From: Patescibacteria group bacterium
GTDB lineage: Bacteria; Omnitrophota; Gorgyraeia; Gygaellales; Profunditerraquicolaceae
DNA length: 64,000 nt
Direction of reading: 5' to 3'
Assembly (NCBI GenBank): GCA_035506195.1
Contig: DATJPV010000028.1
Location: 8,711-72,710, forward strand
The notes below the pieces were generated by a model. It saw only the letters and a program-made list of their open reading frames with translations. It did not search any database and was not told the origin of the DNA. Shown one piece after another: positions 9,298 through 19,862 of the stretch (the first letter of the stretch is position 1; the number at the start of each line of letters is the position of its first letter). The translations under genes were made by a program, and so were the position numbers.

Positions 9298-9687
9298 TTA
9301 AAACGGTCCTTCGTACTTTTGCTTTGGCTTTGCGTATTCCTGTTTGCGCCGCAGGAGCTGAGCCTTGTGCAGGTCCATACAGTTGATAACGAGCGGTTTA
9401 TTCACTTCAAGGAATTCGATGCCGATGACAAAAGAACTATCGTGCCTTTTGAGTTCATTGCTATACTTGACCTTGCCTTTGCCTGTAAGATGCTCTCCGC
9501 AGACCTCGGTGAGCACGTCAAATGCCACTACGCTACCCGGTTCCAGCCGATGGTTTGCACGGACGCAAAACCCGCCAAAACTAAGATTAGCTAATATACC
9601 CCGGATTGCCTGCTGGGCTCCAGATTCGGGCATCAGGTTTGCGAAGCCTTCGATTTCGTGCCGGGCATGGTTACGCGCTTGATGCAT
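9298..9687 (-). CDS. PilZ-domain c-di-GMP receptor
   Basis: RxxxR (RNHAR) and NxSxxG (NLSFGG) motifs; IGIEF strand. Confidence 0.8.
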   Translation of the reverse strand: MHQARNHARHEIEGFANLMPESGAQQAIRGILANLSFGGFCVRANHRLEPGSVVAFDVLTEVCGEHLTGKGKVKYSNELKRHDSSFVIGIEFLEVNKPLVINCMDLHKAQLLRRKQEYAKPKQKYEGPF

Positions 9688-9693
9688 CTGGTC

Positions 9694-10092
9694 TTACGGC
9701 CTCCTCTCCAGCAAACCGATGATGCGATTGATCTTATCCACCAAAGAATGTACAAGGTCTTTCTTGCGGATAGTAATGCGCACGGAATAGTTCCCTGCCA
9801 ACACCTCATCGAGCATGGACTCAATGCGTTGTAAAGGGCCGAGGCTGCGGTGTAAGAGCACGCACGTACTTGCCAGAAGAATAAAAATGACGCCCAGGAA
9901 ACTGACTTGCATGATCAGAAAATTGGTCTTCCAGGCAGAAGAATACTGAAAGTTGGTCTGTAACTCCGAAACCATCTTCCAGGCAGAATAAAAATTGACA
10001 ACTACCAGGACGGCAATGTAGACCAACGCAAAATGCACGAACTTAAAAGTGTGCCTGCGCAACCAGAACACCGCTCTGCGTCTCTCTCTCAT
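9694..10092 (-). CDS. Small two-TM HAMP-domain protein
   Basis: Two TM helices followed by a HAMP-like segment (GPLQRI...GNYSVRITIRKKD...L...IN); no output domain. Confidence 0.7.
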   Translation of the reverse strand: MRERRRAVFWLRRHTFKFVHFALVYIAVLVVVNFYSAWKMVSELQTNFQYSSAWKTNFLIMQVSFLGVIFILLASTCVLLHRSLGPLQRIESMLDEVLAGNYSVRITIRKKDLVHSLVDKINRIIGLLERRP

Positions 10093-10107
10093 ATGCGCTC
10101 CTCTTGA

Positions 10108-10548
10108 TTAATAGTAACCCTGCGTCCCCGACCAGTTACCGGCTGCATCCAGGTTAATCTGATATGCGTCGCGGCCCTGGGGAGGCTTGCCGCCAGACGT
10201 GCAGCGCGTGGCCTCGATGGTAAAATCGACGGCGTTGGCGGCAGTGAGGGCAAAAGAATACCAATGGCTGGGCATGCACGTTTCCGGATACACGATAGCC
10301 AGGTCCGCCGAGTTGCCGGTATACGTAAAATGCTCCATGAAATAGGCGAATTGGGCTCTGCGTATCTGCCCAAGGTTCATTTTGGCTTCGGCGGTACGGC
10401 TCTTTTCGACAATGGCCCCAAACTGCGCCATTCCTATAAGCGACAGGACGGAAATAATGATGAGCGTCACTGTTAATTCCATAAGCGTAAAGCCGGGGGC
10501 AAGGAGGCGATGTGCACGCATGTCTACCAGAGGTTTTCGCGTATCCAC
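10108..10548 (-). CDS. Type IV pilin / pseudopilin
   Basis: Prepilin cleavage motif G|FTLMEL with Glu5, hydrophobic helix, KSRTAEAK, two Cys. Start could be 10521. Confidence 0.85.
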   Translation of the reverse strand: MDTRKPLVDMRAHRLLAPGFTLMELTVTLIIISVLSLIGMAQFGAIVEKSRTAEAKMNLGQIRRAQFAYFMEHFTYTGNSADLAIVYPETCMPSHWYSFALTAANAVDFTIEATRCTSGGKPPQGRDAYQINLDAAGNWSGTQGYY

Positions 10549-10721
10549 TCATCCGCTTTTTTGATCGAATACCAGAAGCTTGAAGTATCTTCGCTAAGGC
10601 CTTCAACGGTAGCAGAGGTAGTATTCGCCGCGCCTTCGGCTGTGCCCTTGGCGGTCTGACAGCCAGCCAGTAGTAGAGCTATCCCGGATAACGCGCATAG
10701 CAGCAGGACGATCTTTTTCAT
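10524..10721 (-). CDS. Small lipoprotein (entericidin-like)
   Basis: MKK-hydrophobic-LAG|C lipobox followed by QTAKG; AAGGAG SD. Confidence 0.7.
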   Translation of the reverse strand: MKKIVLLLCALSGIALLLAGCQTAKGTAEGAANTTSATVEGLSEDTSSFWYSIKKADEWIRENLW

Positions 10722-10723
10722 GC

Positions 10724-12037
10724 TCAGCTCCTTTTTACCCATTTCATCAGTCGGGCTTTGGTACGCTCTTTGCCTAAATAATATATGACTTCAAATAACC
10801 CCGGGCCTACGGTCTTGCCGGTCAGGGCTACGCGGATAGGGTGGATCAGGGCCTTTGCAGGGATTCCTAATTCCGCGACCAATTCCCGAAAAGCGGTCTC
10901 GATGGTGGCGATGTCAAAATGCGGCAACGCCTCCATCCTTTTTATGAAGAGCGTAAATTCCCGGGATAAATCCGCCGAGAGAAATTTCTCCTGTGCCTTC
11001 GGATCAACCGCGGGTTCGGCGATGAAGAAAAAGTCAGCCCATTCGGGGAAGTCATTTATCGTCGTAAGCCGCTCTTTAAATAATTTTACTAAAGAAACCA
11101 GGTAATTGCCATCGAAATGTTCCCTGTCGATATAGCCTCGTTCTGCCAACAGCGGGACAAGTTGCTGCGCTAGTTCCTGCTCGTCTATTTTTTTCAAATA
11201 CTGGTTGTTCAACCAATTAAGCTTATCCATATCGAAGGCGGCCGCGGTTTTTTTCACGTCGGTTATATCAAACAGCTTGATCGCCTCTGCGGTTTCAATC
11301 ACCTCCCGATCATCCCCTGGCGACCAACTCAACAACAACAGATAATTCACCAAGGCCGCCGACAGATACCCCATCTTCCGGTAATCGGAAATAGCGGTTG
11401 CGCCGGTCCTTTTAGAGAGCCTGCCCCCTTCTTTATCCATGATCAAAGGCAGGTGCGCAAACGCCGGCACCGGCAATCCCATGGCTTCATACAATAAGAC
11501 CTGCTTCGGAGTGTTGGAGATGTGATCGTCGCCCCTGATAACGTGAGTAATCTGCATCGTGGCATCATCTACCACGCAGGCAAAATTATAGGTAGGGGTG
11601 CCGTCGGACTTCATAAGCACTTGATCTTTGATGACCTGCGTGTCGAACTCGATCTTACCGTGGATAAGGTCATGAACGACGACCTGGCGGGGCTGTACTT
11701 TAAAAATAATCGCCTTGCCTCGCGGCTGGCCATCCTCGGTGAACGACTCCTCCTCGTAGGCCCGGCCATCTGCCAAGAGCTTTTCGGCGTATGCGCGGTA
11801 GGCGTCGAAGCGTTGACTCTGGAAATAGAGCTCGTCCCAATCGAACCTAAGCCATTTCAGGCTATCCAGAATCTCATCAACGTATCTTTGTTCCGAGCGC
11901 ACCTTATCGGTGTCCTCTATCCTTAATACGAATTTTCCTTGCGTTGCCCTGGCGTACATCCAGTTGAATACCGCCGTCCTGGCTCCGCCGATGTGTAAAT
12001 ACCCGGTGGGGCTTGGCGCAAAACGAACCCTGACCAT
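10724..12037 (-). CDS. gltX: Glutamate--tRNA ligase
   Basis: RFAPSPTGYLHIGG, RIEDTD, RGDDH and LSKR motifs. Confidence 0.95.
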   Translation of the reverse strand: MVRVRFAPSPTGYLHIGGARTAVFNWMYARATQGKFVLRIEDTDKVRSEQRYVDEILDSLKWLRFDWDELYFQSQRFDAYRAYAEKLLADGRAYEEESFTEDGQPRGKAIIFKVQPRQVVVHDLIHGKIEFDTQVIKDQVLMKSDGTPTYNFACVVDDATMQITHVIRGDDHISNTPKQVLLYEAMGLPVPAFAHLPLIMDKEGGRLSKRTGATAISDYRKMGYLSAALVNYLLLLSWSPGDDREVIETAEAIKLFDITDVKKTAAAFDMDKLNWLNNQYLKKIDEQELAQQLVPLLAERGYIDREHFDGNYLVSLVKLFKERLTTINDFPEWADFFFIAEPAVDPKAQEKFLSADLSREFTLFIKRMEALPHFDIATIETAFRELVAELGIPAKALIHPIRVALTGKTVGPGLFEVIYYLGKERTKARLMKWVKRS

Positions 12038-12057
12038 CGAGCACCTCTAGCTTTTGT

Positions 12058-12600
12058 TTAGCGAGACCCCAAAGCCAACTGTTGGCCCTTCAAAAGCGCC
12101 TGCTGATTTATCTGGACTAGATGCTTTTTATCCGCGGGCGCAATTTCTTCGATAACCTCGAGCACACTGTCAAGTGCAACAATTTCTCTCTTGCCCACAA
12201 AGAACCCGAGAGCAACCATATTAGCCACCTTGATGTTGCCTAGCTCAATGGCAATGTCTGTAAAAGGCTGTCGCAAGGCTGTCGCGGCAACAGGCGGAGC
12301 GTCTTCGGCAAGAGAGCTATTAATAATACAGAGGCCGCCTTTTTCTACCCGGCGCCCGAACCGTTCCAGCGAAGGGTTGTTCATAATGATCAGCGTATCG
12401 GCTTTGTTAATGTACGGCGATCCTATCTCTGCGTCAGAAATAACCGTCATGCAATGCGCGGTCCCTCCGCGCACCTCCGGGCCATACGCCGGAAGCCAGG
12501 TGACGTGCTTGCCTTCACGGACTGCTGCCTCCGCCAAGATCTTACCTAACAACATGATCCCCTGGCCGCCGCTGCCGGCGGCTATTATTTTTTCTACCAT
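12058..12600 (-). CDS. 2-oxoacid:ferredoxin oxidoreductase gamma subunit
   Basis: AGSGGQG, YGPEVRGG, NMVALG. Confidence 0.9.
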   Translation of the reverse strand: MVEKIIAAGSGGQGIMLLGKILAEAAVREGKHVTWLPAYGPEVRGGTAHCMTVISDAEIGSPYINKADTLIIMNNPSLERFGRRVEKGGLCIINSSLAEDAPPVAATALRQPFTDIAIELGNIKVANMVALGFFVGKREIVALDSVLEVIEEIAPADKKHLVQINQQALLKGQQLALGSR

Positions 12601-12605
12601 TGTGC

Positions 12606-13334
12606 TTATTTTATCCTACCCAAAGGAAATTCTTTTATCATGGTGTCCCTGATCCAGGCCAGGGCTTGTACCGGCGTAAGCCCCCAGTAGGTAGGGCAGG
12701 GAGAGAGCATCTCTACCAATGAGAACCCTGCTCCGTCGATCTGGTTCTTGAACGCCTGCATGACCGCTTTTTTTGCTTTCATAATCTCCTGAGGGGAATG
12801 CAGGGAAACCCTCTCTACGTACGTAACCGCCGGCAGGCCGGCAAGCATCTCGGAGATCTTTAAGGGGTAGCCTTCTAAACGCGAGTTTCTCCCCTGGAGT
12901 GTGGTCGCAGTCTTCTGGCCGATCAACGTCGTCGGAGCCATCTGTCCTCCGGTCATCCCATAGACCGCATTGTTGATAAAAATAACGGTGACGTTTTCTC
13001 CGCGATTTGCCGCATGGATAGTTTCATTGGTACCGATGGCGGCCAAATCGCCGTCGCCTTGATAGGTAAATATGATGTTATCCGGCCTCACGCGCTTGAG
13101 GGCGGTAGCGATGGCCAATGCCCGGCCGTGAGCCGCCTCTGAGCAATCAAAATCCCAATAGTCATAAGCAACCACCGCGCATCCCACCGGAGCCACGGCG
13201 ATAACACGCTGACGAATCTCCAGTTCGTCTACCGCCTCCGCGATCAAGCGGTGCGCAATGCCATGGCCGCAGCCAGGACAGTAATGAGTGGAGGTATCCC
13301 GCAATGAAGGAGGGGGAGCGAATATTTTTCCCAT
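12606..13334 (-). CDS. 2-oxoacid:ferredoxin oxidoreductase beta subunit (TPP-binding)
   Basis: [31 protein letters not shown]. Confidence 0.9.
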   Translation of the reverse strand: MGKIFAPPPSLRDTSTHYCPGCGHGIAHRLIAEAVDELEIRQRVIAVAPVGCAVVAYDYWDFDCSEAAHGRALAIATALKRVRPDNIIFTYQGDGDLAAIGTNETIHAANRGENVTVIFINNAVYGMTGGQMAPTTLIGQKTATTLQGRNSRLEGYPLKISEMLAGLPAVTYVERVSLHSPQEIMKAKKAVMQAFKNQIDGAGFSLVEMLSPCPTYWGLTPVQALAWIRDTMIKEFPLGRIK

Positions 13335-13336
13335 GG

Positions 13337-14410
13337 TTAGCTGTGTGCCGCATAGAGCTTAAGGGCCCTGCGCACAATCTCCTCTTCGGCCGGTATGCCG
13401 CCTCCGGAGCGACCATAAAATTCTACCGGCGTCTTACCATTAACGGCGAGCCTAACGTCTTGTACCATTTGTCCGTACGACATTTCCACTGCCATGAACA
13501 CGGGCGGTTTTTTGCGTCTAAGCATCTTCTGAATGGCTTCCTCCGGGAAGGGCCAGAGCGTGAGGGGGCGAATGAGGCCGACTTTTTTCCCCCGGAGCCG
13601 CAGCTGTTTTACTGCGCTTTTGACGATACGGGCCATCGTGCCATACGCCACCAGAACGAGCTTGGCGTCGTCTAAAAAAACCTCTTCGTACCGGGTCTGG
13701 GTACGCTGGATAGCCTGGTATTTCTTTTGCAACAACAGATTGAACTCTTCCAAGGCCCCTTCGGCTAAATAAAAAGATTTTACGATATTGGGTTTCCGGT
13801 CTTTGCACCCTGTCAGGGCCCACGGCTTGGGGTAGTTTTTAGGAACCAAGGCTCCTATCCGGGAAAATGTCACCGGCTCCATCATTTGACCGAGCATCCC
13901 GTCCCCCAGCACGATGACCGGTATGCGATACCTATCCGCCAGGTCGAAAGCCTGCCCCATGCACTCGTATGCCTCCTGGACCGTCGCGGGCGCCAAGACG
14001 ATACAGCGGTAGTCTCCGTGCCCCCCTCCCCGGGTGGCCTGAAAATAGTCCGCCTGCGAAGGCGCGATATTGCCGAGGCCGGGGCCGCCGCGCATGACGT
14101 TGACAATGACCGCCGGAAGCTGGGCGCCGGCGATGTAGGAAATGCCTTCTTGTTTCAGGCTGATGCCGGGGCTGGAAGAAGAAGTCATGGCCCGACAGCC
14201 TGCTGCAGAGGCACCATAGACCATATTAATCGCGGAGGTTTCTGACTCTGCCTGAATAAATACCCCACCCTTTTCCGGCATATGCTGCGCCATATAGGCG
14301 GTCAGTTCATTCTGCGGAGTTATCGGATAACCGGCATAGAAACGGCATCCTGCCTGTAAGGCGCCTTCGGCGATGGCTTCGTTACCACTAAGCAAAACTT
14401 TAGGCGGCAT
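13337..14410 (-). CDS. vorB: 2-oxoacid:ferredoxin oxidoreductase alpha subunit (VorB-like)
   Basis: GNEAIA, YPITPQ, QAESE, TSSSSPG, RGGPGLG. Confidence 0.85.
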   Translation of the reverse strand: MPPKVLLSGNEAIAEGALQAGCRFYAGYPITPQNELTAYMAQHMPEKGGVFIQAESETSAINMVYGASAAGCRAMTSSSSPGISLKQEGISYIAGAQLPAVIVNVMRGGPGLGNIAPSQADYFQATRGGGHGDYRCIVLAPATVQEAYECMGQAFDLADRYRIPVIVLGDGMLGQMMEPVTFSRIGALVPKNYPKPWALTGCKDRKPNIVKSFYLAEGALEEFNLLLQKKYQAIQRTQTRYEEVFLDDAKLVLVAYGTMARIVKSAVKQLRLRGKKVGLIRPLTLWPFPEEAIQKMLRRKKPPVFMAVEMSYGQMVQDVRLAVNGKTPVEFYGRSGGGIPAEEEIVRRALKLYAAHS

Positions 14411-14412
14411 AT

Positions 14413-14616
14413 TTACGTATACACCTCAATACAGCAATCCGGACAGATAAGCGCGCACAGGGCACACCCCAGACATGCAGACCCGGCGTTAAACTTTACC
14501 GGTTTCAATCCCTTCTTATTAAGGCGCTGGTCCACCTGAAGCATGCCCTTAGGACAGACGCTGATACATAAAAGACACCCTTTACACTTATCGGCATTTA
14601 CGGTTATTTTAGGCAC
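14413..14616 (-). CDS. 2[4Fe-4S] ferredoxin (oxidoreductase delta subunit)
   Basis: Two CxxCxxCxxxCP motifs. Confidence 0.9.
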   Translation of the reverse strand: MPKITVNADKCKGCLLCISVCPKGMLQVDQRLNKKGLKPVKFNAGSACLGCALCALICPDCCIEVYT

Positions 14617-16504
14617 TGACGGTACCTTTGGTGATCTTCCGGTTTTTTCCAGAAAGCGTCTGACGGACCTTGTCTGCGATGCCCTCGGCGGTCAACCCGT
14701 ACTCTTTCAATAGCGGGCCTCTCCTGCCGCAGGGAAGGAAACCACACGGCAGCCCCATACTCACGACAGGACGGTTGAGCGCAGCGCTTACCGCGCTGCC
14801 GAGCCCGCCGTCGACAATACCTTCTTCAACGGTAAAAAGCGCGCCGGATTTACCGGCCATTCCATGAAGCAGTTCGGTATCCAGCGGCCTGACAAAGCGA
14901 GCATTAATCACTGCGACATCTATGCCATCACGTTTAAGCGCTGAGGCAGCCTCCAGGCTAGGCATGACCATTGCCCCTAACGCAAAGAGCACGGCATCTT
15001 TGCCTTCGCGCAGGACCTCTGCCTTACCCAGCTCAATGTCTGCGGTCGGCACTCCCTGATCTTCCGGAACCCTGTCCCTGGGGTAGCGAAGCGCCGCTGG
15101 AGCCTGAAGCATACAAGCGAAATACAACATCTTTTTCAATTCAAGGCCGTTTTTCGCAGCCATGATTACCATGCCCGGCACATCGCGCAGGAAGGATATA
15201 TCAAAAATCCCCTGGTGCGTAGCGCCGTCTTCTCCAACGATACCGGCGCGGTCAACGGCAAAGACAACGCCGAGCCCCTGCAAGGCAACACACTCGATGA
15301 GCTGGTCGTACGCCCTCTGCAAGAAGGTGGAATAAATAGCTACCACCGGTTTTAAGCCTCGCCTGGCAAGCCCGGCAGCAAAACAGACCGCGTGTTCTTC
15401 GGCAATACCCACATCAAAGAAGCGCTCCGGATACGCATCCCGGAATTTATCCAGACCCGTCCCTTCGGGCATTGCCGCAGTTATAGCTACGATCTTGCGG
15501 TCGGTCTTTGCCAGTTCCACGAGCGTATCGCCGAATACCCGGGTATAGGTGCAGGATACGCACCCTTTTCCGGAAACAGCGCTCCCGGTTTCTATCTCAA
15601 AGGGGCCGATCCCGTGGAATTTCACCGGTTCCTGTTCCGCAGGCACATACCCTTTGCCTTTCTGGGTAACCACGTGCAGCATCACCGGCCCTTTGATGCT
15701 TGAGATATTCTTGAGGCTTTTGATTAAAAGAGGCAGATTGTGGCCATCCAGCGGCCCGAAATAACGAAACCCCAGCTCTTCAAAAAGCATCCCGGGGATA
15801 AATAGCCCTTTGAGCCCTTCCTCGAATTTATTAGCGAGGTTTATCAGGCGGCTCCCGCGGGGAACGCGAGCCTTGAGGAACTCTTCCAGAGAGCTGCGGA
15901 AGCGATTGTAGACCGGTAGAGAAATGAGCTTATTCAAATACGTACTGAGCGCTCCGACATTGGGAGCAATAGAGAGCTCATTGGTATTCAGAACGACCAG
16001 CATATCTTTTTTAAGGTGGCCGGCATTATTGAGCCCCTCAAAACACAAGCCCCCGCTCAAGGAACCGTCTCCGATGACTGCTACCACGCGAAAATGCTCT
16101 TCCTGCGGCAACAGGTCCCTGGCGCACACTAACCCCAGGGCCAGGGAAACTGCGGTTGAGCTGTGGCCGGTGGTGAAACTGTCATAGGAGGATTCATCTT
16201 TACAGGGGAACCCGCTTAACCCGTGACGTTGACGCAGGCTGGTAAAGTCTTTATTGCGGCCGGTTAGAATCTTATGGGCATAGGCCTGGTGCCCCACATC
16301 CCAAATAATCTTATCGGTAGGGGTATCCAGACAATAATGCAGGGCGATGGCAAGCTCTACCGCGCCAAGGCTGGAAGCCAAGTGTCCCCCTGTGGAGGAA
16401 ACGACATCGATAATCCGCTGCCTTATTTCCTCGGCCAAAAGCGGCAGTTTCTCCGGCAGCATGTTCTTAAGGTCGCGCGGTGAGTGAACAGTTTCCAACA
16501 GCAT
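14609..16504 (-). CDS. dxs: 1-deoxy-D-xylulose-5-phosphate synthase
   Basis: GGHLASSLG, WDVGHQAY, GDGSL, DVGIAEEHA, DRAG.VGEDGATH. Start ATG 16504, just after the xseB stop. Confidence 0.95.
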   Translation of the reverse strand: MLLETVHSPRDLKNMLPEKLPLLAEEIRQRIIDVVSSTGGHLASSLGAVELAIALHYCLDTPTDKIIWDVGHQAYAHKILTGRNKDFTSLRQRHGLSGFPCKDESSYDSFTTGHSSTAVSLALGLVCARDLLPQEEHFRVVAVIGDGSLSGGLCFEGLNNAGHLKKDMLVVLNTNELSIAPNVGALSTYLNKLISLPVYNRFRSSLEEFLKARVPRGSRLINLANKFEEGLKGLFIPGMLFEELGFRYFGPLDGHNLPLLIKSLKNISSIKGPVMLHVVTQKGKGYVPAEQEPVKFHGIGPFEIETGSAVSGKGCVSCTYTRVFGDTLVELAKTDRKIVAITAAMPEGTGLDKFRDAYPERFFDVGIAEEHAVCFAAGLARRGLKPVVAIYSTFLQRAYDQLIECVALQGLGVVFAVDRAGIVGEDGATHQGIFDISFLRDVPGMVIMAAKNGLELKKMLYFACMLQAPAALRYPRDRVPEDQGVPTADIELGKAEVLREGKDAVLFALGAMVMPSLEAASALKRDGIDVAVINARFVRPLDTELLHGMAGKSGALFTVEEGIVDGGLGSAVSAALNRPVVSMGLPCGFLPCGRRGPLLKEYGLTAEGIADKVRQTLSGKNRKITKGTVSA

Positions 16505-16505
16505 G

Positions 16506-16742
16506 TTATTCTTCCAGTTTTTCCTCGTCCAAAGGCTTAAGCTCAAATTCGCCTTTCTTGTTCTTGCCTAATAACTCGATCTTTTTCTTGGCGCTTTCCA
16601 GTTTCTGGGCGCAGCTGCGGGAAAGCTCAATGCCCTCCTGATATTTCTTTAATGCCTCGTCAAGCGACAGGTCGCCTTTTTCCAGGTCCTCGACGATCTT
16701 TTCCAGCTTCTTGAGCGCCTCTTCAAACTTAATCTCCGCCAT
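16506..16742 (-). CDS. xseB: Exodeoxyribonuclease VII small subunit
   Basis: FEEAL..LE.IV..LE.G.LSLDEAL..Y.EG. Confidence 0.95.
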   Translation of the reverse strand: MAEIKFEEALKKLEKIVEDLEKGDLSLDEALKKYQEGIELSRSCAQKLESAKKKIELLGKNKKGEFELKPLDEEKLEE

Positions 16743-18084
16743 CTCTGTCTACCTCCGTGACCTGGCTGATCAGATAACCCTGATGCAACCGGGTTTTAAT
16801 TTTTTCACCGATACTAACCTGTGTTGCGTCTCTGACGATTTCCTCTGCGGACATCCTAAAGGTGATACTGTAGCCGCGCGAAAGGATATTCAAAGGGCTT
16901 AATCCCGCCAGCCTCTCCACTGCTTTGGTAAACTGCGAGTCTTTCATGGCCAGGAAATGATCGATGCGCACGGACGCCTGCCGGGCCATATCCATGATCT
17001 TGAGCTGATATTGCTGGATCTGCGCGATCGGATTAAGAAGCGCCAGTTTCTTAACCAGCGTATCTAACCTTCCCGCGCTCAAGGCACACAGGTGCTGCGT
17101 CCCGAGGCCAAGCCGGTGCAATGCATCATCGATTGCTTCTGCAAAGCGTCCGGTGTTATCCAAAAACGCGCGCCGTAGCCGGACGCCGACATCATACACC
17201 GCCTCCTGCAGGTCTTCCTTTTTCGGGATCACCAGCTCTGCTGCTACCGACGGCGTGGCGGCACGGACGTCGGCAACCAAATCCGCAATAGTCCAATCCC
17301 GCTCATGCCCTACCGCAGAAATTACGGGTATTTTAGAGGCATATATCGCCCTGGCAACCACCTCTTCGTTAAATGCCCAGAGGTCTTCGATGCTGCCGCC
17401 TCCGCGGCCCACGATAAGCACTTCGATCCTGTCTGCCAGTGCCAGGCCATGATTGAAACCATTAAAATCCTTGATGGCTTGGGCGATTTCTTCCTTTGCG
17501 CCCTCCCCTTGCACCTTCACCGGGATGATGATGATCTCGACATCCCTAAAGCGCCGATCCAAAACTTTTAATATATCCTTGACCGCCGCGCCCTGTAGGG
17601 AAGTAACCACCCCGATCCTGGCCGGAAGATAGGGTATGGGTTTCTTATGTTCTTGGGCAAAAAGGCCTTCTTTTTCAAGCCGTTGCTTTAGTTGCTCAAG
17701 CGCCAGCTGCAGACTGCCTATGCCCTTGGGTTCAAGTCTCTCGATTATGATCTGATACTGGCTACGTGGACCATACACGGCAATGCGTCCGCAGCAGACG
17801 ATCTTCAGGCCATTTTCAATTTTGAACTTTACGTCTTTGCTGGCGCGAGCAAACATCACTCCCGCCAGTATCGCCAGGTCATCCTTTAAAGAAAAATAAA
17901 GGTGCCCGGCGGCAGAAGCGCTGAAATTCGAAACTTCTCCTTCCACCCAGATCTCGCCAAACGTATTCTCCAGCACCAGTTTTATGTCCTGGGTGATTTG
18001 AGAAACGGTGTATATGCGCTTGGCATTTTTTGAAGACTCTGCCTGGGCAAAAAGATCAGAGGCGTGTTCTGACATAGATGACAT
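16729..18084 (-). CDS. xseA: Exodeoxyribonuclease VII large subunit
   Basis: WVEGEVSNF, GHLYFSLKD, RGGGSIEDLWAFN, SAVGHERD, TPS. Confidence 0.95.
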   Translation of the reverse strand: MSSMSEHASDLFAQAESSKNAKRIYTVSQITQDIKLVLENTFGEIWVEGEVSNFSASAAGHLYFSLKDDLAILAGVMFARASKDVKFKIENGLKIVCCGRIAVYGPRSQYQIIIERLEPKGIGSLQLALEQLKQRLEKEGLFAQEHKKPIPYLPARIGVVTSLQGAAVKDILKVLDRRFRDVEIIIIPVKVQGEGAKEEIAQAIKDFNGFNHGLALADRIEVLIVGRGGGSIEDLWAFNEEVVARAIYASKIPVISAVGHERDWTIADLVADVRAATPSVAAELVIPKKEDLQEAVYDVGVRLRRAFLDNTGRFAEAIDDALHRLGLGTQHLCALSAGRLDTLVKKLALLNPIAQIQQYQLKIMDMARQASVRIDHFLAMKDSQFTKAVERLAGLSPLNILSRGYSITFRMSAEEIVRDATQVSIGEKIKTRLHQGYLISQVTEVDRDGGD

Positions 18085-19862
18085 TATTTTGCGCCTGCAG
18101 CATCCGCAGGTTTTCCCGCTGCGGGTTCTGTATTCGGAACCGGCGCCTCCGGGGCAGAAGCTTCCTTCGGTTTCTTGCTAAACACAATCATCTGCACCGA
18201 ATACGGCTTGACGCTCAGGGTCCCCTCGTAAAGATCGGTGGTCTCAATTTCTTTCTCTTCGACGGGAACAAAATTACAACTGCTACCACAAGAAGCATCT
18301 ACGCAATAGCGTTGATAGAGATACTGACCCTGGAGGTTCTTAATACTCACCTTCAGGGGCCGTTCGGTTTTTGCATAGAGCTCTGCCCGCCGCTGCAATT
18401 CCAGGGCTTTCTTTAAGATGGTTTTTAGTCTGGGGTGAAGACGCAAGGTCGCAATCTCCATTTCGCCTTTGAGTATCCTGTCCAACCTGCCGTCTTTGGC
18501 AAGAAGCAGTATGGATTTGCGAAAGCTCTCCGGCAACGCCGAAATATTCCGCGAGAGATAATTCCTGCCCATGTCCGGGTCGATATAGTTGCCCACCAGC
18601 AATGTGAGGCGGTCTTCCGACTTGGCGGCGATGATGCTGACGAAATCGTCGTTCATTTTTGCCGAAGGAAAAAACGCCTGGGTGGTCAAGCCTGCCAGCA
18701 TCCTGAATACGACATACATCGCTTTGGGGCCGCCGCTGTATTCGCCGCGTTCCGAATCAAACCACAGCGCCCCAACGTCCCTGACGACATTCTCTCGCAA
18801 GGTGCGGAAGTCTTCCAGGCAAAAATAGAGCTGTCGGTCTATGCCGACCTCATACATATTCCTGAGACGGGCCAGAATATAGCTGGCGGCGATGTAGGCC
18901 TTGTCGCTTCTTTCTGGCAAGACATTGGCACCGCGGTCGTAGTTCCATTCATCGACCACCAAGGGCGTCTCGCGATTAAAACGAAAGTAGGAGAGCCAGT
19001 CGCGGACCAGGCTGACGGCAGACTTGTTGTACACGGTCATTTCCCGGTCTGCCAAGGGGTCCGTTGTATAACCGTGCCAGCTGATAAAATCCAAGGGAAG
19101 GCGATAGTTATAGCAAAAACGGATCAGGTCATAGATGAGGCTACGTTCGGGAGTAATAACGCTGTTGCCATCGAGATTCTGGAACCACCAGCTCGTACTG
19201 GGGCCGCCGACAGGAATAAAAAGCTTGGTTTCCTGCCTAAGCTCCTGTACCGCCTCGGCTACCGCGCGATACAGGTTAAGGTACTCCTGTTTTCTGCCCA
19301 AGAAGAAATCGTCGACATCCGGAGCGCTCCACACCTCATACCATACGTTGAGTTTCTTTTCGCAACTCAAATACCATATGTGCCCTTTAATCAGCTGTTT
19401 GAAGGCCTTGATGTCGCCCGGCGCGCTTTTCTTATTCAGCACCTTACCCATGCCCGCGGGAATGCCGAAGATATCCAGGATCACCACGCCGCCGGCTTCG
19501 TTTATTTGCCTGATAATCTGCTCGTAATTCGCCAAGAGCTTTGTCTGGGCATCCTTGTCCTTGGCGAGCTCGCCGATTTCCCAAAGGCTATACTGTAAGC
19601 GGTATATGTTACCGAAGCCAATGTCTTTCTGCCAGGCGGCAAGCGCCTCGGGGGCGGCCACGGTCTGAGGCCAGGTGGGAATGCGATGATAGCCGCGGCC
19701 GCTTACGTCGATGCCGGGCCGCAAGACAGGAGGCAGGAGAATGGTATCGGCGCGAACATCCAGTTTGAATTCAAGATCTCCGTCCTGAGCAACGGCGCTC
19801 GGACCGAAAAAGACAGCGGCCGATAACAACACGAAGAACAACGCCCTAAAAAAGCTTTTCAT
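18084..19862 (-). CDS. Secreted GH39-like (clan GH-A) glycoside hydrolase fold protein
   Basis: Signal peptide; WYEVWSAPD, VGGP, PLDFISWHGY, VVDEWN. Confidence 0.6.
   Translation of the reverse strand: MKSFFRALFFVLLSAAVFFGPSAVAQDGDLEFKLDVRADTILLPPVLRPGIDVSGRGYHRIPTWPQTVAAPEALAAWQKDIGFGNIYRLQYSLWEIGELAKDKDAQTKLLANYEQIIRQINEAGGVVILDIFGIPAGMGKVLNKKSAPGDIKAFKQLIKGHIWYLSCEKKLNVWYEVWSAPDVDDFFLGRKQEYLNLYRAVAEAVQELRQETKLFIPVGGPSTSWWFQNLDGNSVITPERSLIYDLIRFCYNYRLPLDFISWHGYTTDPLADREMTVYNKSAVSLVRDWLSYFRFNRETPLVVDEWNYDRGANVLPERSDKAYIAASYILARLRNMYEVGIDRQLYFCLEDFRTLRENVVRDVGALWFDSERGEYSGGPKAMYVVFRMLAGLTTQAFFPSAKMNDDFVSIIAAKSEDRLTLLVGNYIDPDMGRNYLSRNISALPESFRKSILLLAKDGRLDRILKGEMEIATLRLHPRLKTILKKALELQRRAELYAKTERPLKVSIKNLQGQYLYQRYCVDASCGSSCNFVPVEEKEIETTDLYEGTLSVKPYSVQMIVFSKKPKEASAPEAPVPNTEPAAGKPADAAGAK

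Noticed and set aside
18435-19598. 387-aa + strand ORF
   Set aside because: Antisense shadow of the GH39-like gene; no motifs or SD.
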